Shown piece after piece: positions 13,501 to 26,367 of a stretch of DNA of 64,000 nt. Origin of the DNA: Protoeuglena noctilucae (Eukaryota); the NCBI GenBank assembly GCA_958009085.1, contig OY253678.1, positions 186,001 through 250,000 of the forward strand, read 5' to 3'. The notes beneath the pieces are model-generated. The model was not told the origin of the DNA. It ran no database searches and worked only from the letters and a program-made list of their open reading frames with translations. The first letter of the stretch is position 1. The number at the start of each line of letters is the position of its first letter. The position numbers and the translations under genes are program-made.

Positions 13501-16500
13501 CTGTGCCACCTCTAGCATCTGTGATACCCGCTCACCCCCACCGCTCCCACCCCATCCCCCCCCAGGCTCCGCACACGGGTGCAGAAGAAGCTGGGCCTGC
13601 AGGCGGCCAACGCCCTGGGCGGGGCGGGCAAGTCCGTGCGCAAGAAGCCGAGGCGGTTCGTGTCAGAAGCGGGGTCCCAGGCGGGGTCCGAGGTCAGCGG
13701 ATTCGACTCTGCGTCGGAGGCGTCGAGCATGATGTCCGCGCAGAGCGGGGCGTCGTCGGCGTTCGGGCGCAGGCGCAAGACGCGGCAGCCGCCCAACGTG
13801 GCGGTGAGCGACGGCGGTGGGGTCGTGTCTGCTGCAGTTCCTGGCTGGGAAAGAGGCGGTGGCACACTTGAGCATATGTTTGCGCCGATTAAGAGTATTG
13901 CTGGTGTGCACTGTAGATGCCTTCCACGCTTTCGACTCCTGCACAACCTCTCCGCGATAGACTCCCACTTCCCAATGCACATCCACGCCCCTCTTCACCC
14001 CAGCTCCCCCGCGAGTACATCAAGTGCATCGACAACCTCAAGGCTCGCCAAGAGAGTGCCCTGGTCATCCAGGCCACCAATGAGCTGGGGGACGTCTACG
14101 CGCACTTCGGGTGAGGGACGGGGATCATGGGTTGCAGACCCTGCGCAGCTGATGTGCCCTTGCATTAGATACTGTGTTTTTGTTCCTGCCGCTGTGCTCT
14201 CTCTGCTGCTCACTCCGGTGCTGACACTGCTGCCCTGCTCCGTCGCTGTTTCACGCACCCTCGCCTCTCATCCCCCCCCAGGGACCTGCGCCTGGCGTGC
14301 CGCGCCTGGGGCGACGCACTGGACGCTCTGATGGGTCCGTACCAGTGCGTGACCAGCTGGCGCACGGAGCTGACGCCCCTGACCCCCGAGGGCCTCATGG
14401 GCAAGTACGGCGTGCAGTCGCTGCTGGTGGGGATCAAGCTGCTCGGCAAGCTGTGCCGGTACGATAGGGAGCAGAGCGTCGATCTCAAGGTCTCGGCCGC
14501 GGAGCTCGCCTGCCACCTGGCGGCCGCCTGCTTCCGGTGCAGCTTCACGCACCCCCAGGCGAGGGCGGATGCGGGCGGGGTGTGGTGACTGGGATCAAAT
14601 ACAAGGGGTTTGCTATGTTTAGACAAGCGACACCTGCATGGCTAAGCTGTCACGTTCGTTGATAGGGCGACTGGCCTTTCTCTGCGCTCGAAAGGCACCC
14701 GTTGGTAACGGGTGTCACGCACGCATCCAGCATCCAGCTGCCCTGACTTGACTCTGCTGCCCTTGCCCCGCAGCGCATGATTGACTTCGGGGACTACTTG
14801 CCCGAGGAGATCTACGAGGGGGCGCGGATGTTCGGGGACAACTACGAGATCAACTTGGCGGACCTCCTGGTGAGCGCAGGGGCAGCTCATGCATGGCCAC
14901 CCGTACCCCAGTCAGCCCTGTGGACCTGCGAACCCCGTCCCAGCTCACCAACACCGGTTACAAAGCCCAGCTGCGTCGCTGTAGCCAGCTGTCCTGCTGT
15001 AATAACAGACTGTCAACGACAGCAGACTCGCCACACCCCACCCACCCCTCTTTCACCCCCGCAGTCATCCCTGGAGACCCTCTCCCGCGCGGCCGTGGCC
15101 AACTCCCTCTCCTCCCTCGCCCTCCCCCTCCTGGCACTCACCGAGCACCTCGCCTCCCGCGTCACGCGATCCCTCTCCCTCACCGTGCTCAGCCGCGTCC
15201 TGCGCGTCAGGCTCCTCTGCAACCTGGGGTGCCTCGCGCCCGCCAGCCTGGTCCTGGTCAGGCTCATCGACGGCGCGGGGCTCCCCAGCCGCTCCCGGGG
15301 AGGGGAGGAGTTGATGCTGCGGGGGGAGGACGGGGTGGCCGTGCCCAGGCCCGGCGCAGCGCTGCCACGCTACCGCGCCGCCCTGCACCCCGCACATCCC
15401 TCCAATCGCCCCGTGGTGCTCTACGTCGCCACCCAGGAGGTCCACCCCAGCGTGCAGGGCGTCTACGGCGCCGCGCTCCTCACCCAGCTCCAGCTCGCAA
15501 GGGCCGACTTCCTCAGGTATGGGCGGTGGGTCAATGCGCACCCGTTTCTGATACTACTACTAGAAGTGTATCGCACTGCCTGTGTGCTGCGAGGTTCCCA
15601 TCATCGCCAGTCTCTCAGCAACTACCGATGCCTGTCTACCGCCTTTGTGTCTCCCAGGACCTGTGGCTCGGTGCCGTCCCTGTGGCGCCTCAGTGACCCC
15701 GTGACGGGCGGTCCCAAGAAGGCCGACGACGCCGCCCCACCCCCCGAGGGCAAACCCGATCCCAAGGGACCACCCCCCGCCCCTCCCCTGGAGCCCTGTG
15801 CGGAGATCCTGCAGGCGGCCTCGCGCATCCTCGTGGACATCGTCAAGCGCGCGTGCAAGGAGGGCACGGGGGTCGTGAGGCGAGGGGCTGCGGGGGGCAG
15901 GGGTGCAGAATGACTTCGGGGCTGCTGTGCCTGACCGACTCAGTCATGTCACCATATCACCATATGGGTGTGCCCCATGTCACCTCCCTCGTACACCCAA
16001 CCACCGCCTCCGCTCCCTCGCTGCAGGTCCCGCCCCCAGAGCCCCCGCAAGCGCGAGCCCGAGACCACGGACCCACGCGTGCTGCGAGCCCAGGAGGCGG
16101 CTGCGAAGAAGAAGGCCAAGAGCGACAAGGAGAAGCCCAAGCCGGTGAAGAAGTCGTCGCAGAAGGGGAAGGGGATGGCGGCGGTGGGGGGTGCCGTGCC
16201 GGAGGGTGACACCGTGGAGGCACCGACGGGCGCGGAGGCGGGGGAGGGCGTGGCGCACCGCATGCGGCGGCTGGTGGCCGAGGCGTTCCTGCAGCTGGCG
16301 CTGGTGCGGGAGCAGGAGTGGCGGCTGCGGAAGGCCCTCGACTACGCCCTCGAGGCGCTGGCGTGGGCGGAGCGGGGCCCGGGGGACGAGGAGCGCGGCC
16401 GCCTGCGCAAGTACGAGGCGAACGACGTGCTGGAGCGGTCGGCGGTGCCGCAGGAGACGTGGCTGGAGGCCAAGGTGGCCGTGGCCAGGCTGTGCTTCAA

Positions 16501-19500
16501 GCTGGGGGCGCTGGGGCCCGCCTCGGAGGCCCTGGCCAGCGCCAGGGCGGACGCGGAGGCCTGCGGGGACAGCTGGTGCCTGTGGCGGGTGGCGGTCATG
16601 GCCCGGCGGTGCGCGCTGCTGGGAGGGGTGGTCCTCGACAACTGCCGGCAGCTCAAGGCCCTGTGGGACCAGGCGGTGAGGCGATAGTGGAATGACGAGA
16701 TTGCTAGCTTGACCACCCCGCACACGCACTTGCACTTGCACCTGCATCCTGACCCTCCCGCTGATTTCCCTGGTCTCGCAGGCGCAGTACAACTCGGTTT
16801 TCCAGCGCCTGGAGCGTGCCGAGCTGGGCTTGTACCTGGGGGACGTGCTGGACAGCCTGTCGATGCGGCGCGACGCCAACGAGCTGTGGACGGCAGCGGC
16901 AGCGCTGACGAAATCGTCAATGATGGACCTGGGACTGAAGGAGATGCTGAGGGTGCCCGAGGACGAGAGCGCGACGCTCAAGGGGGCGTCCCTGCACGCC
17001 GAGGCGCTCCTGCGGCTCTCCACGGTGCTCACGGTGAGAGACGGAGGGTGTATGTGTGGTGCTCGATAGCGAGTGCTGCATGGTAAGGCAGGTGAGTGTC
17101 AGCGTCTGGACCATTCGAGTAATTTGTAGGAAAACTCCATGATATCGAATCATATCTGCTTGATGCGAGTGTGATCGACTCTCCTCATCCCCATACCCGC
17201 AGCATGACACGGACTTCACGGGGGCCGTCCAGGCGGCGTCCGAGGCCCTGCGCATCCTCGACTTCGTGTGCTGCTCCCCGCACCTCAAGGCCCGCGCGGC
17301 GCTGCAGTGCGCGCGTGCCCAGGCGCTCGCCCTCACGCGCCCGGCGTTCATGTGGACGCACGCCCAGCCGCCCATGCGGGTGGCCCTGGCCGCCTCGCTG
17401 CTCTCCCCCGACTGGCCTGACCGCGCCGTCATGATGGGGGAGGCTCCTGCGCCGGGGCAGGCCGAGGAGCGGGACAAAGACGTGGATGCGCCCTCGGCCA
17501 CCGCGGCCCCAGCTGAGGCCGACGACTCCACTCCCGCCAAGAAGAAGCCGGGCAAAGCAGACTCCAAGGCGAGAAGCAGGGCGGCTCGCGCAGTGAACAG
17601 CCCTGCGGCACCTGTGGCCCTGTGGGGCGTGGCATGCGATGCGTGGGTGAGCATTGCGCGTCTCCCTCTTTGCAGGGCAAGAAGGACAAGTTGGGCGGCA
17701 AGGGCGGCAAGGGCGCCGCGCCCGTCCAGGAGGAGCCGGCCGTGGAGGGCAGCGAGGACCCGCGGCACTTCCCCACGCGGGGGGGCGACTTGAAGCGGCG
17801 GCGGGCGATGGCGGCGCTGTGGCAGCTGCAGCGGGCGCTGGGGTGGGCCCTGCTCGACGGGGGCCACGACCGGGCGCTGGTGGGGGACATCTTGCGTGAG
17901 GCGGCGTCGCTGCACGTGCACATGGAGGACGGTGCCAGGGCGGCGCACGCCATGGCGCTGGTGGCGAGGTCGGACGCGATGGCCTTCCGGGCGGTGGCGG
18001 GGGCGGTGCCGCCCGTCACGGGGTCGCTGGGGCTGCGGTGGGCGCGGGAGCTGGTGCACGGGCGCGAGGCCTTCTTCCTCGACCAGCCGGGGCGGTTCAA
18101 GTGAGGCATGCACCGGCAATGGGACACGGGCTGTCGGGTCCACATTAAGGCCTGAAGTCCAGCGACCGGCCTGCGCGCAACCACGGTGCCTGCTGTTCTC
18201 TCTGCACCGACCTTTGTCTTTCCACCCCTGCAGGCCCGTGCCAGCCACCCCCGTGGCGAGCGTGTCCGAGCAGGCGCGGCAGACGGACCCGGGGGAGTGC
18301 CTGGTGCAGCTGATGCTCCACTTGAGGGAGGCGGGGCGCGCGAGGGGGTGTCTGTACTACCAGGAGGCATGCACGCAGGTAAGACACCCGTCACAGCGCA
18401 TGGGCATGCCTGCGTGACTGTCCCTGGCCCACCCCACCCCCACCTCTCACACTCGCTTGCCTCACGCAGGCGGCCGCCCTCCACACGGCTCTTCTCGCCA
18501 GCTCCCCGGACTACGCCTCGCTCCTCTGCTTCCCTCGCCCCCCCGCCCTCGACCCCGTCACGCCCCTCCCCGTCATGCCGGGCCCCGGGGCGGTGCGCGC
18601 CCTGTGGTGCGGGCAGCAGGCAGTGCCAGAGTCCTACGACGCGTGGGGCCTCCTGCACGAGGGCGCGCTGCCCGCGAGCGAGGGCAAGCGCACCCTGGGG
18701 GGCATGGAGCTGGCGGTGAGGGCCGACGCAGTGAGCGGGGGTGCCCGCTGCCCGAGCAGGCTGCCCTGGAACATACGCTTACATGATGAGTCTGAGTATC
18801 TGTCCCGCACCATACCTATCGATGCCTCGAGCCTCGCTCGCCACCCCTGACTGTGCCCCTCCCCGCAGTCCTTCACCGCGCCGTCCCAGTGGAGCATCCT
18901 CCTGGCAGCCGTGTGCCCTGCGCCCCGCCTGGGAGCGTCGTCCTCGGATCCTCTGGGGCAGCAGCCTGCGGAACCCCGCGTGTTCCGCATCGCGGTCGAG
19001 ACGGGGCAGGTGCGGCTGTGGCATGAGCTGCTGGTCCTGGCGCAGAGGGCCCTGGAGGACTGGCGGCGCAAGGCGCAGGAGCGGACGCGGGCCCCGGAGC
19101 CGGCGGAGAAGGCCGGGAAGGGCGGCAAGGCGGGCAAGGGCGACAAGGGGGACAAGGGCGAAGCCCCTGCTGCTGAGGAGCAGGCGGACGTGCCGGGGGA
19201 CCTGAGGGCCTTCCTGGCCTCGACGCTGCGGGGGGTGTTTGGGGGGCTGCGGGAGATGGTGGCCCCCCCGACGCACCGGGGTCGGCGGAGGAAGGCGCCC
19301 GCCCCTTCGCGGGGCCCCTCGGCCGCCAAGCTGACCCGGGGCCTGAGCCGGCGCATGACGGTGCGGAGTGGGTCGGTGGCGGGGGGCCCGTCGAACAAGT
19401 CGGACATGCTGGAGCGGGTCAAGCAGGCCAGCCGGATGCTGGCGGAGGAGTCGCTGTTTGGGGTCGAGACGACCGAGGAGGCCGGTGAGCGCCAGATGGG

Positions 19501-19748
19501 GTGGCTGTGGGGGCTGGCTGAGCTCGCTGGGTGACGATGGGCGCAGTCTGACCCCCGCTCGAGCCTTTTTCTCTGCAGCTGCCATATCCGAGGAGATGGT
19601 GAGCGCCATGCTCAAGGAGGGCGCCCTGGACCGCCTGGTGGCTCTGCTGGACACGCGGACGGGGGCGGCGTTCGAGGACCTGGCCATGGGCACGTGGCTC
19701 ATCAAGCTGCTGACCAGGCCGCCAGAGAACAAGGCTGACAAGAAGTAG
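4502..19748 (+). CDS. CFAP54: Cilia- and flagella-associated protein 54 (central pair C1d), roughly 30 exons
   Basis: Very large helical protein starting MADAPAVISAFHEEI. The segment LYWLTFNVSILTSRAARQLL..LAVENGVNLCLPRFLPWRVELYRLACAAY matches the CFAP54 N-terminal region as I recall it. FN3-like segment PTAPVVLWRTSTSVAV..VVVRGLPPNRAVLMAVAAYD. Stop TAG at 19746-19748. Confidence 0.85.
8948..9064 (+). repeat. Tandem duplication of a 3' splice region plus the first 17 nt of the exon in CFAP54
   Basis: gtcatctgacctgccc...ccccccag|ttcatggagatggcccc occurs at 8948-9006 and again at 9015-9064. Confidence 0.9.
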
Positions 19749-20142
19749 CCGAGCAAAGCCTTAGCCAACTTGGTGATGCTGTTGTGTACTTTGTCGTGTT
19801 TCTTAGCGTATTTTGTTTTGATCGTCAGACATGTTCAGCCCAGCTTTCTGAACTGTGGCACCGCTCTTGCATGGCGTAGACGCCCTCACCCGCCGGAGTC
19901 GGCCCAACAGGCCAAGGCCAGGGCGGTCTGACACGGGTTCCACTTGCGCCCACCTTCACGACTGTCCAGTTGGCATCTGAAGGATTTCACCTCTTTTCCG
20001 ATAGAGTGAGCCACGCAATTGCCATCCAACGCCAGGGCCGCTCTTCCTGCCTTATCAATCGCACAACATCCCTTGGACAGTCGTGGGGCTGAGATATAGC
20101 CCGATCCTGTCAGGAGAGGAAAGTACAGCGTACGCTGACGCA

Positions 20143-22534
20143 ATGTCGCCAGGCGGCTCCCATTGCCGGTGCCGTCCTGGCCCCCAGTGGGGGGTAGCAC
20201 TCGTGCGTCGTCCAGTCCCTGCGTGCGCCGGACCGTGGAGGGAAGTCGCGCGACGGGGCCACCAGCGGCTAGAAACGAAGAGTCAGGTTCAGGACACGCT
20301 GGTCTCGTTCCTCGCATCAGGTGAATTCCCAGCAAAATCGTGCCGGCGGCCTGGCCGCCATTTCTGCACGGAGCGACTCGCCATACCGACATATTGGCGC
20401 CGTCCCCGCACGTCGCGAAATACCAATCGACAATTCGCGCAGTTTGGGGGACCTCGGACGCCAATGCGCCGCGTACCACGGATGCACCAGGGGACGGTGA
20501 ACCACAGCCTGCAACAGCGAGCGCCCGAGAGCCCGTCGACCCTTCGCCTGCCCCCCTCGCTGTCGTGGGGGCCGATTTGGATGCATCGCTGGTGAGAAGC
20601 CGCGTTGTCAGTCCGTTCAGCCCACTCCACGCACCTGATGCCCTCGCTTCCATGACCATCCCTCATCTCCGACCTGCCTTCACCGTGTTCCCTCGCAGCC
20701 CGACCCCGACAGCGTGTGGGCCGCAGCCCTGGCCCTGCAGCCCCAGAGCACGCCTGCAGACATCCCCGTGGGCGGCCCCCTCCTCCCACTCCAGGGCCTG
20801 CGCCCCCAGACGCGCGTGGCCGTGGTGAAGCTGGCACTCGAGTGCCTGCGGGAGCACGCGCAGGTGCGGGAGGGCGCAGCATCATCAACCATGCTCGCGC
20901 TTGCCACTCCATGCCGCACGTTTCAACCGTCCTGTCTCTGTCCCCTACTGCGCAGGACATCCCGGCGGCCCTCTGGGCAGCAGACGCAGCACGCTGGGAG
21001 GCTGTGGCGAGGGCGGTGCTTGCGAGCACCTCCGCTCTGACAGCCCAGCGGTGGCTAGGTGCGAGTGGGGCCACGCGCTTGCCATGCCCCCTCATGTCCA
21101 CGACTTCCGACGTACGACAGTCACGGCAGCATGTCTCTCCCCGCAGGATACGTCCCTCCGGACCTGGCCCAGCAAGCGAGCAGGCGCGTGGCTGCGTGCC
21201 TGCGCAGTGAAGGGGATGGGCCAGACGGGGCCTGGGGAGCAAGCGGGAGTGGTGGTGGTGAGGGGGGCATGGAGCTCTCCGGGCGCACGGGTAAAACCGC
21301 GCAGGGGCTGCTGCAATGGCGCGGGTGGGCGGCTGGCCAGGGAGCGGAGGCCGAGGCAGACGGCGCAGGGGACAGTGGGGACGAGGTGGACGCGCTGCTG
21401 TCGTCGCCGGGACTGTGGGACGGATGCGACGACCGCATGGGGCTCTTCGCAGCCGTGCTGCGGTTCCTGCGGTTCCCCGACGAAACGCGGGAGGAGCTGG
21501 CGGCTCTGTGCGGGGAGGGGCGAGGGGCGGCGCTGGCGAGGGCGGAGGGAGCGCAGGTGGGCCGCTGCCGCTCTGTGATGGGAGATGGCGTGACTCGTAA
21601 GTTAGACGGACGTCTCACGCTCCGCTGAGCTTCTGTGGCGCAGGAGGGGATGCTGGGGCTGCAGGGGGCCATGGTGGCGCGTGTGGGTGGGCAGCTCAGC
21701 GTGTTGAGTCGAGCCTCAGACGTGGCGCTGGACATGGCAGTGCACGCGGCCAGCGCAGCAGCGGAGGCGTACCTGGTCGAGGCACGGGGGGGGACCGAGG
21801 GGGGGGCTTTCTTGACAAGACGGGACAGGTGAGGAGGCATGGCTGTGCTTAGCAGTACTAAAATGGGGCCAGGGCGTCCGGGCTGGGGCCACATTATATA
21901 TTGCAAGTGGCGAAAGGGTCAAGCGTCCCTCCCGCGCAGGGCGGCGGCGGTGGGTGGGCGCGGCTGGCCCCCCTTCCTGCACCCCCGCATCAGCAGCACC
22001 CGCGCCCTGGAGCGCTTCCGCAATCAGCTGGCACTGCGGCGCGTGGCGCAGCGCGTGTGGCACGACGTGGTGGACATCTTCGAGGACTGCCACCAGCTCT
22101 TCGCCGTCCGGTGAGTCAGACGGCCTGCCCTGGGGGGCCTTGCAAAAGCCCTGTTCTGTGAGGGTTGGCTGTGTGACCCTGGCGTCGCGTCGTCCTTGCC
22201 TTGCAGCCCGGACGGGGCGCTGACGAGGCGCCGCCTCAGGGCGCGGCGCGGGGAGGAGCTGGACAGGCTGCGGGGCCCCCGCCTGTGGGCGTCCATGGCG
22301 CTCGAGTGCGCCGACGTCGCCACGCCCCTGCTGCGCGCCTTCTGGACGCGGCTCGGCGGGGTGGTGTCCTGGCTGCTCGTCTCCTTCATCGGCCGCGCGC
22401 TCGGCCTCGTGTGGGCCGGCATCTCCATGTCCCTCAGCAGCGTGAGGCCCGGGGCCGACCCTGGGTCCCGCAACAGGGGCGCGGGGGCGGGGTCCGCACC
22501 GCGGGGGCCGGCCCAGGCTGGCGCATGGTATTGA
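20143..22534 (+). CDS. DUF3685 / Ycf55-like protein, probably plastid-targeted (multi-exon)
   Basis: C-terminal ISSTRALERFRNQLAL..DIFEDCHQLF..RRGEELDRLRG..ECADVATPLL..VSWLLVSFIGRALGLVWAGI matches the DUF3685 pattern (STRxLERFRN; IGRGIGLIGRGI). The start is tentative. Confidence 0.75.
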
Positions 22535-22784
22535 TCGTCCGTCGCTGCTTCAAGTGGCCGCGTTACGTGCAGACCTAGACCTTGGGCAACTCACCTTGGT
22601 GATGAATCCGTACATCCGCTGTGCAAAATCTCTTGGCGGTGTCATTACATCTAATTGCAGCTGCTATGCGTCGTTCATCGTTCCGAATGCAGCGTCGCCC
22701 CCGCGCGGTCGATGCGCCGCGGCCGGGCCGACCAACGCGCCCGTGCACGCCGTTCGCCCGGTGGCGCCGCCCGCGCGTCCCCCG

Positions 22785-25455
22785 TCAGCTGAAGCCGGCC
22801 TGATACCCCTGCAGCCACGCGCGCATCAGCGCCGCGCTCTTCGACTCCGGCCGGCTCGCCGCCTCGCTCGCCAGCTCCTCCGGGCTCTTCTCCAGCCGCA
22901 CCACGTTGCCTCCCTTGCGCCGCAGCGTGCGGTCCGGGTGCACCACGTGCATGCCCCGCAATCGCACGGGCGCCCACCGGTTGCGGTCGTCGCCCAACCC
23001 CAGCTGCCCGCTGTCCCCGCGGCCCCACACGTACACCTCCCCGTCCGGCCCCGCCGCAGCGCAGTGGTGCTCCCCTGCGGTCATGGCGGACGGGCTTCGT
23101 TATAGTGTCCGGATGCCCTCGCCAGCTGCACCGTCGCATCCCCCCGGGTGCAGGCGTCTCACCTGACATGATGGCCACCACGTTCTTCCCCTCCAGGCGC
23201 CTCACGGTCTGGAAGAGGCGCGCGTTCTTGGCGTTCTTGTTGGAACCCCGTCCCAGCTGCCCGTAGTGGTTGGCCCCCGCCGATCGCACCACGGGCACCC
23301 CGTTGCGGTGCAGGAGCACCAGCGTGTGGTTGAGCCCCCCCGCCGCCTGCACCACCCGCACGCACGCCCCCCGGTCCTGATCCCGCACCCCCACGCGTGC
23401 CGGGGTGGGGTGCCACACGCTGCCCCTCCCCGGCCCGCCTCGCGGGAACGTCCCCAACTGCCCGTGCGTGTTCTTCCCGAACACCATGAGCTGCCCTGCC
23501 ACGGTGATGGCCAGCGTGTGGTGCCCCCCAGCCGCCACGGCCGTCACCCGGTCCTCTGGCCGCAGCACACGCGGGTCCAGGGCCTGCACCTTCCATGGCT
23601 TGGACAGCGCAATCGTGCTGGAGACCGCGAGGGCCGGGTGCCCCAGCTGGCCGCAACGGCCGTCACCCCTGTGAGCGCGGGAGGTCGGGGAACGGTGACG
23701 CGACCACAGTGCAGGGGGTCGTTGGGGGCGGCAAGGACCGCATCGCACGGTGGCTCACCAGGTGTAGAGCGTCCCGTCCGAGGCCAGCGCGACCGAGTGG
23801 GCGGCCCCCGCGGCCATGGACACGATGCGGATGTTGCGCAGGGCCTCGACGCACGTGAGGACGCCCTCGTCGTGGAAGTTGCCATGCCCCAGCTGGCCGT
23901 GGCGCCCCTTGCCGCACGTCCACACCGACCCGTCCTCACCGATGGCCATGGAGTGGCTCGCGCCGGCACTGCGGGGCGGGGGCGGGCGCGGGCAATGGAC
24001 GTGAGGGCGGCCCGTCCGCGCGCCCGCACGCTCGGCTTGAAGCCCAAACCCGGCCTTACCTGATGGCGACGATGCGCAGGTTGCACAGGGAGAGGACTTG
24101 GCGCGGGACGGGGACCTCGATGGGGAGGGCGCCGAAGTGGCCGAGTTCGCCGCTGCTCGCGAGGCCCCAGGTGAAGAGCTCGCCCCTGCGCGTGATGCAC
24201 ATGGAGTGCGAGCTGCCGCACGCCACGACGGCCGCGAGGGGGTCCGGCTCCCCCACGAGCGTGCTGCCCAGCCGCACGGGGGCGGGGGTCGGGCGGTCCT
24301 GGAAGTCCACCGCCCCGAGCTGTCCGTAGAAGTTCCTGCCCCACGTCCGGAGCGTCACGGGGCCCCACCGGGGGTCGTGGGACGCCGGGTCGCTCTCCAC
24401 CAGCAGGCCAGCCGTGTGGTGGGCGCCCAGGTTGAGCGACGTGGACTGCGCGGCGGCGGCGGACTGCGCGGAGAAGAACGCCAGCAACTGCACCCACGTC
24501 TCCCCTTCCCTGCGAAGGCGGCGGGCGGAGCGCCGGTGGGCTGAGCGGGCAGTGGCGGAGGTGGCAACCCCGCGGGCAGCCGTGAGCCAACTGCTGGTAC
24601 GGGCGGCCCGCGAGCGCGTCCCAGGCGCCTTCTAAACTGCTACGACGCAGACGACGACGCCCCACTCGCCTCGGGACGACGTCCTTGGCCCTTGGGATCT
24701 CCCGCAGCTTCTCGCGCGCCACCTCGTCAATCTCGCCGTCCTCCCTGAACCACTGGCACGTCGACGCCATCTGAGCAAGTTGCTTCGGCTTGCAGTGGGT
24801 CAGGATCTCTCGGATGATCTGCGAGGGCGGCCCATGCGGGGGTCCTTTCTAAGCGCGGGGGCTTCCCGGCGCCGCGGCCTCGCGGACTCTTTCGCGAGGG
24901 CGCCCTGTATTACCAAATAAACGAAACCAAAGCAAGAGGCATCTTCTCGACCCCGAAGGCGCGGCCAGCGGGGAGAGCCGCGTAGTACAGGGTTCGTCCG
25001 GACGGAGCGCGGCGGTTCCGGGCCCCGCGAGAGTCCTCGCGAACCAAGAACGGCCTTGAATCGTACTCAATGACCGCGGGGCAGCCAAACGGCGCGGCTT
25101 GGGGCCCGGACGGGGCGCCCCACTAAACGGACTGTGCTCCAGGGCCGCTCACCTCTCGCGGGAGGTGCGAGAACATCCCCGTGTTTTCGAAAGCCTCATA
25201 GTCGAGTCGCGTGCTGCGCTTCCCCGTGGCAGCGCGTTTGGCGGGGGGTCCGGCGATGTCAGCCGAGTCCTCTCGCCTCCTCTTGCCGCAGAGGGAGTCG
25301 GCCGAGCTGCACGACGCCTCCCCTCCGCAAGCTACGCTGACATCCTCGTTTTCGGCACGCGCCCGCGACCGCGTGAGGATCCCGGAGCGCGGAAACTTTT
25401 GGGGAGGGCTCAGCGAGCGCCTCCTCCGCTCCCGCGCCTGCTCAGACCTGTTCAT
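22785..25455 (-). CDS. F-box plus RCC1-repeat (7-blade beta-propeller) protein
   Basis: Spliced F-box MFSHLPREIIREILTHCKPKQLAQMASTCQWF, followed by RCC1 blades TWGRNFYGQLG, TWGLASSGELG, TCGKGRHGQLG, WGDGRCGQLG, VFGKNTHGQLG, SAGANHYGQLG, VWGRGDSGQLG. Confidence 0.85.
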
Positions 25456-25710
25456 GGCGGCCCATGGAGACGGAGGTGCTGCGACGCAGTCCTGAAAGTG
25501 AAGAAGGCCCGGGGAGCGCGAAGACCTAAACGGGCACCGCTCTTGCCAGAAACAGGGGTCAGGCCGTCCTCAGGAGCGCGGTCCCCGGGCGCGAACGCCA
25601 CGGCTCTCGCCTCGTGACGGGTGCGGACGAGGATGACGGGACTGCTGCGGCGAGCGTCCTCGCTGCTGAGGGCGCAGGGCGCGCTCGGCCGGGGATCGCA
25701 GGCCCGGGGG

Positions 25711-26367
25711 ATGGCGTCCGATCACGGTGCGTCCTAGCGCACTGCTGCGCCTGCTGGGCGGGGTTGAGGTCCCGCGGAGGCCCGTTAGCTGACGTGATGG
25801 GGGGTGCGCGTCATTGCATCCCTGGCCCTGCGTGGCCGCCGGGAGCGACGCCGCATTTCCGCTCTGACCCTCTCGCTTGACGTGCTGCGGAGGCAAAGAC
25901 CGGCGCTGGGGCGCTCCACGCCCCTACACATCGCTTGCGCATCGTGTGCCTGGGCGCTGCGACTCCGTGCGGCGCGTGGCCCGGCCGATGCCCTCTGGAC
26001 CATCCTTTGCATCGAGGCCTCCGCCGCAGCCGACCACTTCGTCAACTTCTGGGAGAAGCCGACCGCCCCGTCCGAGTGGAAGCCCGAGCAGGCCACGCTC
26101 ATCATCTTCGCGGGCTGGGCGAGCGTGATCGCGTTCTTCACGCGGGGTGACGGCAAGGACCCGACGGAGAAGATCCTCGAGGCCCGGTGCGGCTCCCCAC
26201 TGATGTTGTCGCGGCCTTTTGCGCTGCGCTGGGCGCAGCATCTCGTCACAGCCGCCCGTTCGCCTCGCAGGTACCAGGCCTTGAAGGAGGGGAAGCCGCT
26301 GCCGGGCGAGAAGGCGGAGAAGGGGCACGGGGGGCACGGCAAGAAGGAGGCTCATGGGCACCACTGA
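25711..26367 (+). CDS. Small single-pass membrane protein (3 exons), possibly a mitochondrial respiratory-complex accessory subunit
   Basis: Exons 25711-25726, 26030-26186, 26271-26367 give MASDHADHFVNFWEKPTAPSEWKPEQATLIIFAGWASVIAFF..HGHH*. VNFWExPxxPSxWK before a TM helix resembles a small conserved plant protein family (from recall; function uncertain). Confidence 0.65.

Noticed and set aside
4570..19580. Introner-type repeated introns
   Set aside because: The introns share composition but I saw no repeated sequence family or terminal inverted repeats. An all-versus-all intron BLAST would be decisive.
22785..24500. RCC1 propeller as the UV-B photoreceptor UVR8
   Set aside because: It lacks the GWRHT tryptophan motifs and carries an F-box.
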